A stretch of 64,000 bases of DNA, taken from assembly GCA_963804165.1 (NCBI GenBank), contig CAWDPO010000006.1, positions 128,001-192,000 of the forward strand, in the 5' to 3' direction. The notes under the pieces were generated by a model. The model was given only the letters and a program-made list of their open reading frames with translations. It had not been told where the DNA came from and did no database searches. The position numbers and the translations under genes were made by a program. This stretch comes from an uncultured delta proteobacterium (GTDB taxonomy: Bacteria > Desulfobacterota > Binatia > UBA9968). Below are positions 10,549 through 23,706 of this stretch, one piece after another (position 1 is the stretch's first letter; the number at the start of each line of letters is the position of its first letter).

Positions 10549-11364
10549 ATGGCGCAGCACATTCACGGACCGCTTTACTACGAACGGATGGGACGCACGG
10601 GACCCGTAATCGCATTTATCCATCCCAACCCGATGGACAATGCATGCTGGATTTTTCAGATGGCGCATTTGTCGACCTGGTATCGCTGCATTGCCATCGA
10701 CATCCCGGGATACGGACGCTCGCCCAAGGCCGATGCCGGGCTTACGATGAACGACATGGCCGAGGCCTGTTGGGAAGCGATCGACGACGCGCTCTCCGGC
10801 GAAAAAGCGATTCTGGTCGGCTGTTCGGTCGGCTCGTCGCTCGCCCCCCACATGTACCACCTTCGTCCCAACAGAACCTGGGCGCTCGTGTTGTCGGGCA
10901 CCGGTTACAATCCGAACAAGGAATTCACCAAGGGGAGGATCGATAACTACACGGCCAATGGCATCGACTATCGCTGGGCTTACACATTCGAAGATCTAAG
11001 CGCGGCGTTTCGCACCACTCCACTGGCGCACTTCTTTGCGAACCTCTTCACCGAACGCAACGAACACGCCGACGTGCAGACGATCATCCACCAGTTCAAA
11101 GCACTCGCGCAGCCCTATCCCGAAGGGCATCATGAGCGTATCACCTGTCCGACAATCATTCTGACCGGTAGTGAAGACAACAGCCATCAACGTGCCTTCG
11201 CGCTCCAGGCGCGGATACCGAATTGCGAGTTGAAGACTCTGCCAGGAGCCGGCCACGCCTGTCAGATCGAACAGCCTTGGCTATTCGATCGCTTCATGAT
11301 CGAATTTCTTGCCAAGCATGACCTGTTCCCCGGCGCAGCCAAGCTCCAAAGATCGATTATCTGA
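10549..11364 (+). CDS. alpha/beta fold hydrolase
   Basis: IDIPGYGRS, GCSVG nucleophile elbow, GSED and AGHAC motifs. Confidence 0.88.
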   Translation: MAQHIHGPLYYERMGRTGPVIAFIHPNPMDNACWIFQMAHLSTWYRCIAIDIPGYGRSPKADAGLTMNDMAEACWEAIDDALSGEKAILVGCSVGSSLAPHMYHLRPNRTWALVLSGTGYNPNKEFTKGRIDNYTANGIDYRWAYTFEDLSAAFRTTPLAHFFANLFTERNEHADVQTIIHQFKALAQPYPEGHHERITCPTIILTGSEDNSHQRAFALQARIPNCELKTLPGAGHACQIEQPWLFDRFMIEFLAKHDLFPGAAKLQRSII

Positions 11365-11596
11365 CTGGCCGCTGGCGCCGGTTTTTATTGTTCGCGCTCG
11401 ATCCGAATCCGTCTACCCGATCCCCGTGATTGGACCGAATTAATGTTAAGTTAACTCCGCGTCCTCTGTTGCCTCCGCGCTGAATTTTCCGAACTCAATT
11501 TCGCGCCGCAGTTGATTTAGGCGGGTTTCTTTCACAAACTAATATATGTTTCTGCGCCGCGTCCGCCAGTCGTGACGCGACTCTCTTAGTTACCCA

Positions 11597-12531
<935 letters not shown>

Positions 12532-12535
<4 letters not shown>

Positions 12536-13308
12536 GCCGCTTGGCATTCAACCGGCATGGCGTTTGGGCCATCTATCAGTTCGAGATGGCGCGCGCCCTG
12601 CGGACGCTGTTCCAGAGCGTGGTCGCGCCCGTGATCACCACTTCGCTCTATTTCGTGGTCTTCGGTGCAGCCATCGGGTCGCGCATGACCGAGGTGAGTG
12701 GCGTGTCGTACGGCGCCTTCATCGTGCCGGGATTGATTATGCTGTCGCTATTCACCGAGAGCATTTCCAACGCCTCGTTCGGCATCTACTTCCCCAAGTT
12801 CACCGGCACGATCTATGAGCTCTTGTCCGCGCCGGTGTCTTACTGGGAAATCGTCATTGCCTACGTCGGCGCCGCGGCGACCAAATCGATCGTCCTGGGA
12901 CTGATCATCCTCGCCACGGCGGCGATGTTCGTGCCGCTCCGCGTCCTGCACCCGGTGTGGATGATCGCCTTTCTGGTGCTCACGGCGGCGACCTTCAGCC
13001 TGTTCGGTTTTATCGTCGGTATCTGGGCGAGGAGCTTCGAGCAGCTGCAGTTTATTCCGATGCTGGTCATAACGCCTTTGACCTTTCTCGGCGGTGCCTT
13101 CTATTCGATCGACATGCTGCCGCCGATGTGGCGCACCGTCACCTTGTTCAACCCCGTGGTTTATCTGATCAGCGGCTTTCGTTGGAGCTTCTATGAGTCG
13201 TCCGACGTGAGCGTGGAAGTGAGCCTTGCGATGACGCTGGGATTCTTCGTGATCTGTCTGGCGGTGGTCGGATGGATGTTCAAGACAGGCTATCGGTTAA
13301 AGAGCTGA
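12532..13308 (+). CDS. ABC-2 type transporter permease (YadH-like)
   Basis: Six TM helices, [11 protein letters not shown] and [11 protein letters not shown] motifs; overlaps the ATPase stop. Confidence 0.9.
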
Positions 13309-13311
13309 ACC

Positions 13312-13773
13312 GTGGCGAAAAAAATTAGTGCCGGCCTTTTACTGTATCGCCGTCGCAGCGAGATCGAGGTTTTTCTCGTTCATCCCGGCGGACCGTTCTG
13401 GGCGAAAAAGGATGCCGGCGCATGGTCATTGCCGAAGGGAGAAATCGGCGAAGGCGAGGACCCGCTTCAGGCCGCCAAGCGAGAGTTTACCGAGGAAACC
13501 GGTTTCCCCATCGACGGCGAATTTTTGCCGCTTCAACCAGTGAAACAATCTGGCGGTAAGGTCGTTCACGCGTGGGCGATCGAAGCCGACTGCGATCCGT
13601 CCCGGGTTCGAAGTAATCTATTCTCGATGGAGTGGCCGCCAAAATCCGGAAAGACGCAGCAGTTTCCCGAAGTCGATCGCGCCGAATGGTTTACGATTCC
13701 GCAGGCTCGGAAGCGGATCCTTGTCAGTCAAATGGGTTTTATCGAGCAGCTTGTTTCGATTCTAACTACGTGA
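13312..13773 (+). CDS. NUDIX hydrolase
   Basis: HPGGPFW and Nudix box GEIGEGEDPLQAAKREFTEETG. Confidence 0.9.
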   Translation: MAKKISAGLLLYRRRSEIEVFLVHPGGPFWAKKDAGAWSLPKGEIGEGEDPLQAAKREFTEETGFPIDGEFLPLQPVKQSGGKVVHAWAIEADCDPSRVRSNLFSMEWPPKSGKTQQFPEVDRAEWFTIPQARKRILVSQMGFIEQLVSILTT

Positions 13774-13918
13774 ACGAGCCGGAGCTATCCGCAACGGAAT
13801 GTCAAAAGTATCGACTTGACCGTTCCATGCCTTTCGCAGACTGACGGTGGGCGTCATCCGCGCTGCTATCAATTTTTGCCTGAAGCACGCAACCAAACCC
13901 ATCATTGACGGCGCGCGA

Positions 13919-14516
13919 TCAGTATGATCCCAAATCCCACTGCTGCTTTTCCACATCACTGCGCGTGAAGTGGATCACGATGAGAAGGGTGTAGTCATTA
14001 TGCTCGGTCACCTATAGCCGGAGCAGTCTCATCTATGAATTCGCCGGTCTGGCTACCGGTCATGGAGAGCTTAATCTCGGCATGGCCGCTGTGCTGCACA
14101 TTTTTAAACAGCGGGATCTCAGGCATGGCGAAACCCGCGAGCGGGACGGTAAAAGAGGGAGCGCCGAGAAACGACTGTCCTTTATCGACCGCGAGAACTG
14201 ATGCGAAAACTTTCAAGCGCAGCTGCGCCTGTTTGAGATCCGCGGCAATCCGTACCCTCTGGGCTTGCAACCAAGCGGTGAAATACTCTCTCGCAAAATC
14301 CTTGTCCGCTGTGAGGCCGTAAAAATCAACCGCGACGGTTTTATCTTTGATCTTTTGTACATCTAGACCAGCCATTGCGCGCTCCAAAGCACGGACGAGC
14401 AGCTCCTGTTCGGTACTGGAGCGCGAAGTGTTGGTAATCTGAGGGGATGCTGCGCAGCCTGCGAGCAAACAGAATAAAAGACACGAAGAAAAGTTTTCAA
14501 ACCGGGTTATTAGCAT
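13919..14516 (-). CDS. putative lipoprotein, probable frameshift near 14010
   Basis: Lipobox LAGC; the frame stops at 13998 but an adjacent frame continues EHNDYTLLIVIHFTRSD...GSY-stop at 13919. Confidence 0.6.
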
Positions 14517-14684
14517 CGCGACCTTCCAGCATCATATGATCTACTTAAAAGTGTAGCCCGCACGGAATCTTTCGCAAGAAGCTGTCCCGATCTTTTTATT
14601 GCAGTGTTCCCGCGCACCTAGCCCGTTTTCTCTCCGCCGGATTTCGGTGGGGAGCAGGGATAATATTTATGCTGTTCTAATCGA

Positions 14685-16253
14685 TCATTTGCTCTCGATC
14701 ACCGTAAACGCCACGACGGCGCTTGCCAGCGCTAGGCCGAGCGAACTCAGCATCACCAGGCGGAAGCCGAAGACAAAAGATTCGTCGATCGCCTGTTTCA
14801 GCGCGCCCTGTGTTCGCTCGTCTATACTTGAAGGCGGTTCCGCTCCGGCCAGCCGGGGGCGCTGCGCGTCGATGGCGCGTCGTACTTCAGGGGCTAAATC
14901 CATCGGCGCCAATCGTCGATCGAGCTCGCGATTGAAGGAGTGCACGATCACGATACCCAGAACGGCAATACCCAGGAGTCCAGCGATGCGCGACATGGCA
15001 TTGTTGACACCAGAAGCTACTCCGGCGCGATTTTCCCGCACGGCGTTCATCACGGTCGTGGTCAGCGGCGCAACGCTCACCGCCATTCCTAATCCGAGCA
15101 CGACCATGGCGGGAAAAAACGTCGTCCAGTAACTGCCGCCCACTCCTGGAATCATAAATAGCCCATAGCCTAACGCGACGATCGCGGGGCCCACTACGAG
15201 CGGCCTTTTGGCCCCGTAGCGTTTCACCAATCCTCCAGACCAGCGCGAGAGCAAAAACAGAATGAGAATGAATGGCAGCCACACGGCGCCCGCGGCCGTC
15301 GCCGAGTATCCTTGGACCTGAATCAAATTGAGCGGAAAGAAAAACATGCCGCCACCCAACGCCGTGTAGAGGAAGAGCGTCAGCAGATTGGCGCCGCTAA
15401 AATTGCGCGAGCGAAACAGCGCGAGCGGCAGCATCGGATGCGTCGAGCGCGCTTCGATGAGAAAAAACATGGTGAGTGACATCGCGCCGCCGATAAGCGT
15501 GGCGATTACGAGCGGATGACCGAAGTCTAAACTTGAAGACTCGATCAGGCCGTAAATCAGCGCTCCCAAGCCCAACGTCGCGAGCGCAACACCCCACCAG
15601 TCCAAAGCGGTATCGGCATCGTGGTCTTTACTCTCCGGAACATGCAACAAAGAGATCGCCACCACGACGATCGCGAGCGGCACGTTGATAAAAAACACGG
15701 CGCGCCACGAGACATGCTCGATCAGCCAGCCGCCCATGACCGGCCCGACACCGGCGGTAATCGCGGTGAACCCCGACCATGTGCCGATCGCCTGTCCGCG
15801 CCTCGCTTCGTCGAATGAAGCGCTGATGATGGCGAGGCTTCCCGGCACCAGCAGCGCGCCGGCCACGCCCTGAATTGCGCGGGCGACGATCAGTTGACCG
15901 ATGCTTTGCGCCATCCCGCAGCCGACTGAGGCGAGTGCGAAAAGAGCGACGCCGGCGCAAAAAATACGCCTTCTGCCGAAGCGATCGCCCAGTGATCCGC
16001 CGGCCAAAAGCAATGCGGCGAGAAACAGCGCATAAGATTCCACCACCCACTGCACGTCGAGAACCGTCGCATTGAGACTTTTTTGCAACGCGGGCAGCGC
16101 CACGTTGACGACCGTGCCGTCGATGAACGCCATGCTCGACCCCAAAATGGTCGCGGCCAAGATCCACGGCTCGGACACCGGCGCGCATGGGACAACGGTC
16201 TGACGCCCTCGAATGACGCCTTCATCGCATGGCTGTGGAAAAATATTTGCCAT
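14685..16253 (-). CDS. MFS transporter, DHA2/EmrB-QacA type
   Basis: IDGTVVNVALP and GSLGDRFGRRR motifs; about 14 TM segments. Confidence 0.92.
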   Translation of the reverse strand: MANIFPQPCDEGVIRGRQTVVPCAPVSEPWILAATILGSSMAFIDGTVVNVALPALQKSLNATVLDVQWVVESYALFLAALLLAGGSLGDRFGRRRIFCAGVALFALASVGCGMAQSIGQLIVARAIQGVAGALLVPGSLAIISASFDEARRGQAIGTWSGFTAITAGVGPVMGGWLIEHVSWRAVFFINVPLAIVVVAISLLHVPESKDHDADTALDWWGVALATLGLGALIYGLIESSSLDFGHPLVIATLIGGAMSLTMFFLIEARSTHPMLPLALFRSRNFSGANLLTLFLYTALGGGMFFFPLNLIQVQGYSATAAGAVWLPFILILFLLSRWSGGLVKRYGAKRPLVVGPAIVALGYGLFMIPGVGGSYWTTFFPAMVVLGLGMAVSVAPLTTTVMNAVRENRAGVASGVNNAMSRIAGLLGIAVLGIVIVHSFNRELDRRLAPMDLAPEVRRAIDAQRPRLAGAEPPSSIDERTQGALKQAIDESFVFGFRLVMLSSLGLALASAVVAFTVIESK

Positions 16254-16457
16254 AGGCTAAAAAGCGTTCTCGCCAATTAAGAACTCAAATGAGTTCCAAT
16301 CGTTCCAGTCAATCAAGAACTTAGATCTGTTCCAATAGTTCCAGACGTTCGAACCGTTCATTGAGGCCAGCGCTCAGCATCGATGGCAGTATGAACGCGT
16401 GATTTCTACGCACGTCGACTTCTGGTCTCTCTCGGGGAGGGTTGAAATTCCTCGCCT

Positions 16458-16745
16458 TCAGGCGAAGTCGCCGATACCGGAATTCGCGAAGAGGACATCG
16501 ATGCGGCCTTTTTGTTGCTTCACCGTGTCATACAGCCGATCGAGGTCCGTGAGCTTCGACACATCGCCCTGAACGCCGGTTGCGTTGGCGCCGGTTTGCT
16601 TGACTGCCGCATCAAGATCGCTCTGGCGACGGCCGGTGATGAAAACATGCGCGCCCTCGGCGACGAAACGCATTGCGGTGGCAAGTCCGATGCCGCTGTT
16701 GCCGCCCGTGACGACAGCAACCTTGCCTTCTAGTTTTTTCGACAT
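16458..16745 (-). pseudogene. 3'-truncated short-chain dehydrogenase/reductase
   Basis: [16 protein letters not shown]...GRIDVLFAN, then a stop at 95 aa; no YxxxK half seen downstream. Confidence 0.8.
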
Positions 16746-17071
16746 GGCATCTTCCTTTTGCTATTCATGTGCTGGTGGCGGTAAAAACTAAACGAGTTCG
16801 AAAGCTATCTTCAACTACATGTCCCTCGCCGTCAATAATACGGCGGCTCATTGTGAGCTACTTGTGTTTCCCATTCCCATCCTCCCAATGTTGCTGCGCA
16901 TGGTCGCATGAGTTTCTCGGACTATCAACAAAATTGATGCGCCGACGGCTGCACGTGGGTTCCATCGGCCCATGCGCGTCGATCAGGACAAACAAACGAA
17001 GGCCAGACGAAGACCGAGGATCGATGACATCCGCTTGAAAGACAGCGCGGCCCTAGCTTATGCTCGCTGAC

Positions 17072-18085
17072 ATGGCGATCAGAAAAACTACTTTCGGTCT
17101 CACCTTGTCCAACCGGGCGTTGATTACACGCGGCACGCCGCCGAGCGAGCTTATCGACATGGCGGTCAAAGCGGAGAGCACCGGCGCAATCGATGCGGTC
17201 TGGGTTGGCGACAGCATTCTCAGCAAACCGCGGCTTGAATGTATTCCCCTGTTGGGCGCCATCGCCGCGCGCACGTCGCGCGTGAAACTCGGTGTGGCCT
17301 GTATGGCGACGATTGCGCAGCGCAATCCCGTGCTGCTCGCCTTGCAGTGGGCGAGTCTCGACGTGCTGTCGAGCGGCCGCACGTGGCTCGCCGCTTGTAT
17401 GGGCTATCCGGCGAGCCAGCATCCGATGGCGGCTAAAGAACTTGCAGTGATGGGCATTGCAAGCAAAGAGCGGCCTGGAAGGCTGGAAGAGATGATTCAA
17501 GCCCTACGACTTCTTTGGTCTGAGGAACAGGCGAGCTTTCACGGCAAATATTATTCATTCGAGGACGTGGATCTCTTGCCCAAGCCCGCGCAACGGCCGT
17601 GTCCAATCTACATCGCCGGTACGCCGCGGCCGATTCAGATCGGCGAGCACGGCGTGGAACGCTCACTGCGGCGCATCGCCCGCTACGCCGATGGTTGGAT
17701 GAGCAATCAGATCGAGCTCGCGATGTTTAAAGACTATCAGGATCGGCTACGAAAAATGGTCACCGAAGAGGGTCGAGACTCCAACGCATTCAAGACAGTC
17801 TTGTATTACGGCGTTTCGGTAAATCGCGACCGCGAGCAGGCGTTTCGTGAAGCAAAACATTTTCTCGACTCGTACTATCAGAAGGACTTTACCCGCCAGG
17901 GCGTTGAAATTTGGACCGCCTGCGGGCCCGTCGAGCATTGCGTCGACTGCCTGCGCGGTTTCATCGATGCCGGGGTCAACCACATCGCCATTCGCCCGAT
18001 CGGCGCCGACCTGAACCGGCAGTTCGGCATTTTCTTGGAAGAGATTATTCCCGCGCTGCAGGCCGTCGTCGGCAAACCCGCTTAG
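17072..18085 (+). CDS. LLM-class flavin-dependent oxidoreductase
   Basis: AVWVGDS, AARTSRVKLG, LDVLSSGR, FHGKYY and PKPAQRP motifs. Confidence 0.9.
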   Translation: MAIRKTTFGLTLSNRALITRGTPPSELIDMAVKAESTGAIDAVWVGDSILSKPRLECIPLLGAIAARTSRVKLGVACMATIAQRNPVLLALQWASLDVLSSGRTWLAACMGYPASQHPMAAKELAVMGIASKERPGRLEEMIQALRLLWSEEQASFHGKYYSFEDVDLLPKPAQRPCPIYIAGTPRPIQIGEHGVERSLRRIARYADGWMSNQIELAMFKDYQDRLRKMVTEEGRDSNAFKTVLYYGVSVNRDREQAFREAKHFLDSYYQKDFTRQGVEIWTACGPVEHCVDCLRGFIDAGVNHIAIRPIGADLNRQFGIFLEEIIPALQAVVGKPA

Positions 18086-18442
18086 CGCCGGCTCGCCGCA
18101 CGCGCTCGGTCCCTCTTTCCAGAGTATTCAGCAACACCTCAGCATCTTTCGACAGTCGGATTGTGCGCCCATGCGGGAGCGCGCGGCTTCGGCGCGAGCA
18201 GTGTGAATTGGCACGAAGTATATTACACGCGTCGCCAACTTCCGCAGTCGGTCGACGTGAACGGCTCATTCGGGCAAAATACAAAATCCGCATTGTCGGA
18301 ACGGCCGCAAGACCTACCGGAGTTGTGACGTGAATATCTGGGCGAATGGCCCCGGCAAAATCTAAACGCCCGTGGCAAAAATTTGCGCAAGCCGTAGAGA
18401 CTTTCAAGTATAGTAAAGTAATACGAATGACGCTCGACTGAG

Positions 18443-19111
18443 GTGAGGTCGACAGGGATCGATACTTTGAAAATCAATTCGCTGCTCACACTCGCGTGCC
18501 TCGGCGCCAGCCTCTGGGCTTGGCAACAGCCGCCGCTGTTCGCGCAACAAAACCTCATCGTCAGTACTGCCAACCTCGAGAACGGCAGAGTCTGGACGCT
18601 CGTGGCGGCTCTGTTCGTCCACGGCAGCGTCGTCCACCTATTTGGCAACATGCTGTTTCTGTTCGTCTTCGGAAATACTCTGGAAAAAGCTGTCGGCCCC
18701 GGTAAGCATCTGAGCATCTTCTTGACCGGCGGAATCCTGAGCTTCATCCTAAGTCTCCCGTTTATGCCCCCCGGAACAGGAATGTTGGGGGCTTCGGCGG
18801 CGATCTTTACCCTTGCGGCGTGCGTGATGTTGGTCAACCCGCTCAAATTTTCCTGGCTTTTCCTCGCCCCTCAGGGACTGGCGGCGATTCTCTACTTCGT
18901 CTACAACATCATCGTCGCCGCTGAAAAGAGCCGAATACCGGGATACGATCCTCAGGTTGCATACGTCGCTCACATCATAGGCTTTCTTATAGGCGTGCCT
19001 TTCGGGATCGCGCTCAGTAGTCAATGGCAAAAAAACCTCGTCATTACACTGCTGCTGTTTGGAATTTATCTGGCAATTCTAAGCGGTGCGGCTAGGTTGC
19101 TTTTCCCGTAA
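18443..19111 (+). CDS. rhomboid family intramembrane serine protease
   Basis: HLFGNM, GASAA (catalytic Ser) and AHIIG (catalytic His). Confidence 0.9.
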   Translation: MRSTGIDTLKINSLLTLACLGASLWAWQQPPLFAQQNLIVSTANLENGRVWTLVAALFVHGSVVHLFGNMLFLFVFGNTLEKAVGPGKHLSIFLTGGILSFILSLPFMPPGTGMLGASAAIFTLAACVMLVNPLKFSWLFLAPQGLAAILYFVYNIIVAAEKSRIPGYDPQVAYVAHIIGFLIGVPFGIALSSQWQKNLVITLLLFGIYLAILSGAARLLFP

Positions 19112-19265
19112 ACGGCCCCGTCGAGCGACGTACCGAACTTAGAGAATTTCGAAAGCTCCCGATTGCGCTCGGCTAGACTCTTTAGTCGCACGGAAAGTCC
19201 TATTTGATCCTGGCTTCGCCGTTTCTCGTCACACCGCACCCTTATTTGCCCGAACATAAATAATA

Positions 19266-19294
19266 TTGACAGCTAGAAAAGCGGGGGCTATCGT
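19266..19294 (+). promoter_or_regulatory. putative sigma70 promoter of the sensor kinase
   Basis: TTGACA-17 bp-TATCGT about 70 bp upstream of the ATG. Confidence 0.45.
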
Positions 19295-19364
19295 CCGATT
19301 CTCTCATGCGAAACGACCCTAATCTAACTCGAAGCGACACGCCGCACCGGCCGGAAACCTAAAG

Positions 19365-22046
19365 ATGAAATCAGCATGGCGCAGATCGGTACCGATCGTG
19401 GCGCTGGTGGCGGTTTATTTTTGCGCCGGCAAGCTCGGACTGTCTTGGGCGCATGTGCATGCCAGCGCCTCTGCGGTTTGGCCGGCCAGCGGTATCGCGT
19501 TGGCGGCGCTTCTCCTCTGGGGGCGGCAACTCTGGCCCGGCATTTTCCTCGGTGCCTTCCTGGTAAACATCACGACGCAAGGCACGGTGGCAACGACTCT
19601 CGGTATCGCAACCGGTAATACACTGGAGGCGCTCTTGGCGGCATGGGCGATCAACCGCTACGCCAATGGCGCCAAAGCCTTTGAGCGTGCCCGAAATATT
19701 TTCCGTTTTGTCGTGCTGGCGCCGATTCTGAGCACAGCCGTCGCTGCGACGTTTGGAATCACGAGTTTAACTTTGGCCGGCCTTGCTCAATGGGACCAAT
19801 TCGGTGCTATTTGGCTGACCTGGTGGCTCGGTGACGCGGTCGGCGATTTGATTTTTGCGCCGTTCGTAGTGATCTGGATGACGCAACCTTATCCTCAATG
19901 CAAGCCGCAGCGAGTCGTCGAGGCCGCAGGTTTGCTAATATCGCTGATCTTGATTGGCTATTTCATTTTTCTCAAAGGCGATACTTCCAGCCCGGAATAC
20001 ATCGTGATGCTGCCGCTGTTGTGGGCGGCTTTCCGATTCGGCCAACGGGGCGCCGTCACTTCGGCGTTGATCATGTCCGGCATCGCGTTAGCAGGCACGC
20101 TATATGGCGTCGGTCCCAACGCCGATGCCGATCCCAATGAATCTTTGCTGCGCCTCCAGGCCTTCATGGGCACCGTCGCCATTGCCGCCGTGGTGCTGGC
20201 CGCCGTGATCTCTGAGGCCAAACGAGCCGAACAGCGCCTCGAGGTTCAAGGCTCGATAAGTCGCATCTTGGCTGAGTCTTCTGGGATCAAAGAGGCGGCG
20301 CCGCAAATCGTCCGGGTGCTCTGCGAACACGCCGGCTGGGATCTAGGGGCCGTATGGGTCATGGATCGAGCTACCGCGGAGTTGCAATATGTTGATGTGT
20401 GGCACACGCCGGCCGCGCCGGCGCCGCAGTTCGAGACCGTCACGAAACAAGGCAAGCTTATTCACAGGGCTGGTTTGCCGGGGCGAATAGTGAACGCTGG
20501 CATGCCGGTTTGGATCGCCGACGTGACGAATGACATCAATTTCCGGCGTGCAACAATCGCTAAACGAGAGGGGTTGCATGGTGCCTTCGGTTTCCCGATC
20601 AAGCTCGGAGACAAAATTTTGGGTGTCGTCGAATGCTTTAGTCGGGAAGTGCGGGAACCGGACGGTCAATTCCTCGAAATGGTCGGCGCTATCGGCGACC
20701 AACTCGGCCGGTTTATCGAGCACACGCGCGCACAAGACGATCTGCGTGAAGCAAAGGACGAATTAGTCAGATCCAATGCCGAGCTAGAAAGGGGAGTCCA
20801 GGAGCGCACTGCGGATCTTGCGCAAGCAAACGCCGCGTTGCTCAGAACCATCGCGGAACAAAAAATACTCGAAGAACAGCTGCGCCAAGCGCAAAAGATG
20901 GAAAGTATCGGCACGCTCGCCGGCGGCATTGCCCACGATTTCAATAATATTCTTAACATCATTCGAGGCTACGCCATGCTCATCGGCCAGCAAACTTTGC
21001 GCACGCAGGAGATCCAAAAAAGCTTGAAAGTCATCAATAATGAAATCGACCGCGGCGCATCCGTGGTGCGCCAGCTGCTCACCGTGGCGAGAAAAACGGA
21101 AACGCATCTCGCGTCCACCAATGCCAACGACATCGTTTTGACGCTCAACGAACTGATCCAAACCTTTCCCAAGACCATCACCGTCGCGCTGAATCTTGAT
21201 ACCCGCCCGATAGGGGTTTTGGCGGATCGAAATCAGCTGAACCAAGCGCTCCTCAATATCTGTGTGAATGCCCGCGATGCCATGCCAGCGGGTGGCAAAC
21301 TCACGATCACAACGGAAAAAGTCGACGCCCATCAACTGCGCGACCGCCGCGTTGACATCCACGCGGACGCCTGGGCGTGCATCGTCATCAGCGATACCGG
21401 GATAGGCATGGAAGAAGAAGTGCGCACACGCATGTTTGAACCGTTCTTCACGACCAAAGGAGTAGGTGAAGGATCCGGACTGGGCCTCGCGATGGTTTAC
21501 GGGATCGTGAAAGAGCACAACGGTTTCATCGCTGTGGAAAGCGAGCCGGGGCGCGGCACCACGTTTCGGCTTTATTTGCCGATGCTTCAGTCAGAAGAAA
21601 AACCAGCTGTCGACGAGACGACGAGAGAAGACCCCTCGGATCGAAAACAGTCGAATCGTCTAAGAACGGTTCTCGTAGTGGAAGACGAAGAACCGCTGGT
21701 TCACCTTTTGAAGAAGCTCTTGCCACAAGCAGGCTATCGAGTCTTGGCCGCCATGGACGGTGAAGAAGCGCTCGAAGTCTACAACCTTCACAAGGCCGAG
21801 ATCGACATCGTGTTGCTCGATCTTGGCTTGCCCACAGTGACCGGGATGGACGTAATCCCTAAACTGAAGGAGCAAAACCCGGCAGTGAATATCGTGATAG
21901 CAACCGGTTATCTAGAGCCGGAATTGAAGGCGGAACTTTTTCGCGCCGGCGTAAAGGATTGCATTTACAAACCGTATTATGTCAACGAGGTATTAGAAAA
22001 ACTCACTACCGTAATCGAAAACCCCGGAAATTCAGCCGGCGCATGA
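19365..22046 (+). CDS. hybrid sensor histidine kinase (MASE1-GAF-HisKA-HATPase-REC)
   Basis: N-terminal MASE1 (VWPASG, WWLGD), H-box [27 protein letters not shown] and a C-terminal receiver domain. Confidence 0.93.
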   Translation: MKSAWRRSVPIVALVAVYFCAGKLGLSWAHVHASASAVWPASGIALAALLLWGRQLWPGIFLGAFLVNITTQGTVATTLGIATGNTLEALLAAWAINRYANGAKAFERARNIFRFVVLAPILSTAVAATFGITSLTLAGLAQWDQFGAIWLTWWLGDAVGDLIFAPFVVIWMTQPYPQCKPQRVVEAAGLLISLILIGYFIFLKGDTSSPEYIVMLPLLWAAFRFGQRGAVTSALIMSGIALAGTLYGVGPNADADPNESLLRLQAFMGTVAIAAVVLAAVISEAKRAEQRLEVQGSISRILAESSGIKEAAPQIVRVLCEHAGWDLGAVWVMDRATAELQYVDVWHTPAAPAPQFETVTKQGKLIHRAGLPGRIVNAGMPVWIADVTNDINFRRATIAKREGLHGAFGFPIKLGDKILGVVECFSREVREPDGQFLEMVGAIGDQLGRFIEHTRAQDDLREAKDELVRSNAELERGVQERTADLAQANAALLRTIAEQKILEEQLRQAQKMESIGTLAGGIAHDFNNILNIIRGYAMLIGQQTLRTQEIQKSLKVINNEIDRGASVVRQLLTVARKTETHLASTNANDIVLTLNELIQTFPKTITVALNLDTRPIGVLADRNQLNQALLNICVNARDAMPAGGKLTITTEKVDAHQLRDRRVDIHADAWACIVISDTGIGMEEEVRTRMFEPFFTTKGVGEGSGLGLAMVYGIVKEHNGFIAVESEPGRGTTFRLYLPMLQSEEKPAVDETTREDPSDRKQSNRLRTVLVVEDEEPLVHLLKKLLPQAGYRVLAAMDGEEALEVYNLHKAEIDIVLLDLGLPTVTGMDVIPKLKEQNPAVNIVIATGYLEPELKAELFRAGVKDCIYKPYYVNEVLEKLTTVIENPGNSAGA

Positions 22047-22086
22047 GAAATCGGCGTCGGTCATCCCCTCTTTTCTAAACAATCGC

Positions 22087-22291
22087 TCACAAGCGGCGCA
22101 CAAACCCGCTTCCGCTTTCATCCAACTCGCGGACGAGGCGTGCGTCGAGAAGATCTTCCGGCTTCGCGTCACGCGCTTTGGCTTGGGTTTTTTCCAGAGT
22201 CTTCAGCAGCACCGCAACGCCTTCGACACTCGGGGATGGCGGGATCTCGAGATGCAGTGTGACGCGCTCATAGGCGTCGTCGAGCATCTCG
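22087..22291 (-). pseudogene. partial copy of the 3' end of the SBP gene at 23707..24702
   Basis: About 140 nt essentially identical to about 23768..23906, plus a diverged final 60 nt ending in a stop. Confidence 0.9.
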
Positions 22292-22569
22292 CAGTCGTTG
22301 CAGAGAGTTTAAGAGTTCAATGGATCAGAACCAATCAAATCATGCCAGCCCTGCAAATCATCAAAACCGATCACAGTGTCCCATTGTTCAAATGCGCAAT
22401 GGGCAGCACGGGCAACGGCAATTCACTCGCCCTCGGCTCTTTTGCTTGACGCCCTTCCCAACGCTGCTCTATGGTACAGCGCGCTGATACCGTGGCGAGT
22501 TCCGGATATAAGTAAAGATTTCGGGACCGGGTCATGAAAACCGAAAACCCGGCCTGTGAGAGGTGTGTA

Positions 22570-23526
22570 ATGAAAATCGCTTCAATCGCGTGCTTCATCA
22601 TTTTTCTTCTCTGCTCGTCATCTCATGCGGCGGATAAGCTACGCTTCGGCTTTCCGGATCTCGCGGCGCAATTCATTCCGCTGCCGCTGGCGGAGCAGCG
22701 AGGGTTCTTCAAGGAAGAAGGGCTGCAAGGGGAATTTATTCGGATCAGGCCCGCGGTTTCGCCGGCGGCGATGGTCAGCGGCGAGATCGATTACGATGCA
22801 GTTATCGGCAACGGCATCGGCGCGGCGATCCGGGGACTGCCGGTGAAGGTCGTGGCCTGTTTCCTGCCGGCTACGCCCATCGCGCTCATCGTCCGGCCCG
22901 AGTTCAAATCGGTCCAAGAGCTCAAGGGCAAGGCCATCGGACTCAACACCTTCGGCGGCACGCTGGAATCGATTGCACGCTTGATCGTCAAGCATTTTGG
23001 TCTCGACCCGGACAAGGACGTGAAGTTTCTTGCCACCGGCACGGCCGATTCGCGCTTTGCCGCGATGAAGCAAGGCTTAACAGCCGCGACTTTGGGTTCT
23101 GCCCCGTTGGATTTTCTCGGCAGCAAGTTGGGCTTCGTCGTTCTTGCCCGAGCCAACGAGCTGTTCAGTTTTCCCGCCAGCGGCCTGGTCGCGAGCGTGA
23201 AGAGTATCAAAGAACGGCCCGATGAGATCAAGCGAGTGATCAAAGCCGGTATCAAAGCGAACCGTTACATCCATCAGAACCGCGAGGGAACGATGCAGAT
23301 GATGATGTCATGGCTGAAAATCGACAAAGAGATCGCCGGCGCTACCTATCAAAGCGTCGCAAAGGCTTTCAATGACGATGGCGGGCTAACCGAAAAAGGA
23401 CTCCGCGTCGCAATCGACGAAGCAAAACGGGTTGGCAAGGTGGACCGCGAAGTTTCACTCAGCGAAGTCGCGGATCTCTCGATTCTTAGACAGGCGCAAA
23501 ATGAGCTTGGCATTGGCGAGCGATAA
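22570..23526 (+). CDS. NitT/TauT-family ABC substrate-binding protein
   Basis: Signal peptide; GFFKEEGL, ELKGKAIG and HFGLDPDKDV motifs. Confidence 0.87.
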   Translation: MKIASIACFIIFLLCSSSHAADKLRFGFPDLAAQFIPLPLAEQRGFFKEEGLQGEFIRIRPAVSPAAMVSGEIDYDAVIGNGIGAAIRGLPVKVVACFLPATPIALIVRPEFKSVQELKGKAIGLNTFGGTLESIARLIVKHFGLDPDKDVKFLATGTADSRFAAMKQGLTAATLGSAPLDFLGSKLGFVVLARANELFSFPASGLVASVKSIKERPDEIKRVIKAGIKANRYIHQNREGTMQMMMSWLKIDKEIAGATYQSVAKAFNDDGGLTEKGLRVAIDEAKRVGKVDREVSLSEVADLSILRQAQNELGIGER

Positions 23527-23706
23527 TCTCACGGCGGATGCGTGAGAAAGGCTGAAGTGAATTGTCAAAAGTAACGCGAACAGAAGCGCAATCGTGAGGG
23601 GCGAGAGACAGTAGAAAGCTTGCCGATGCGACCGAACACAAACTGACGATATCCCATAACTTAAAACTTCTGGTGCACGGATAACCGCGACTTGCCGAAG
23701 CACCGT

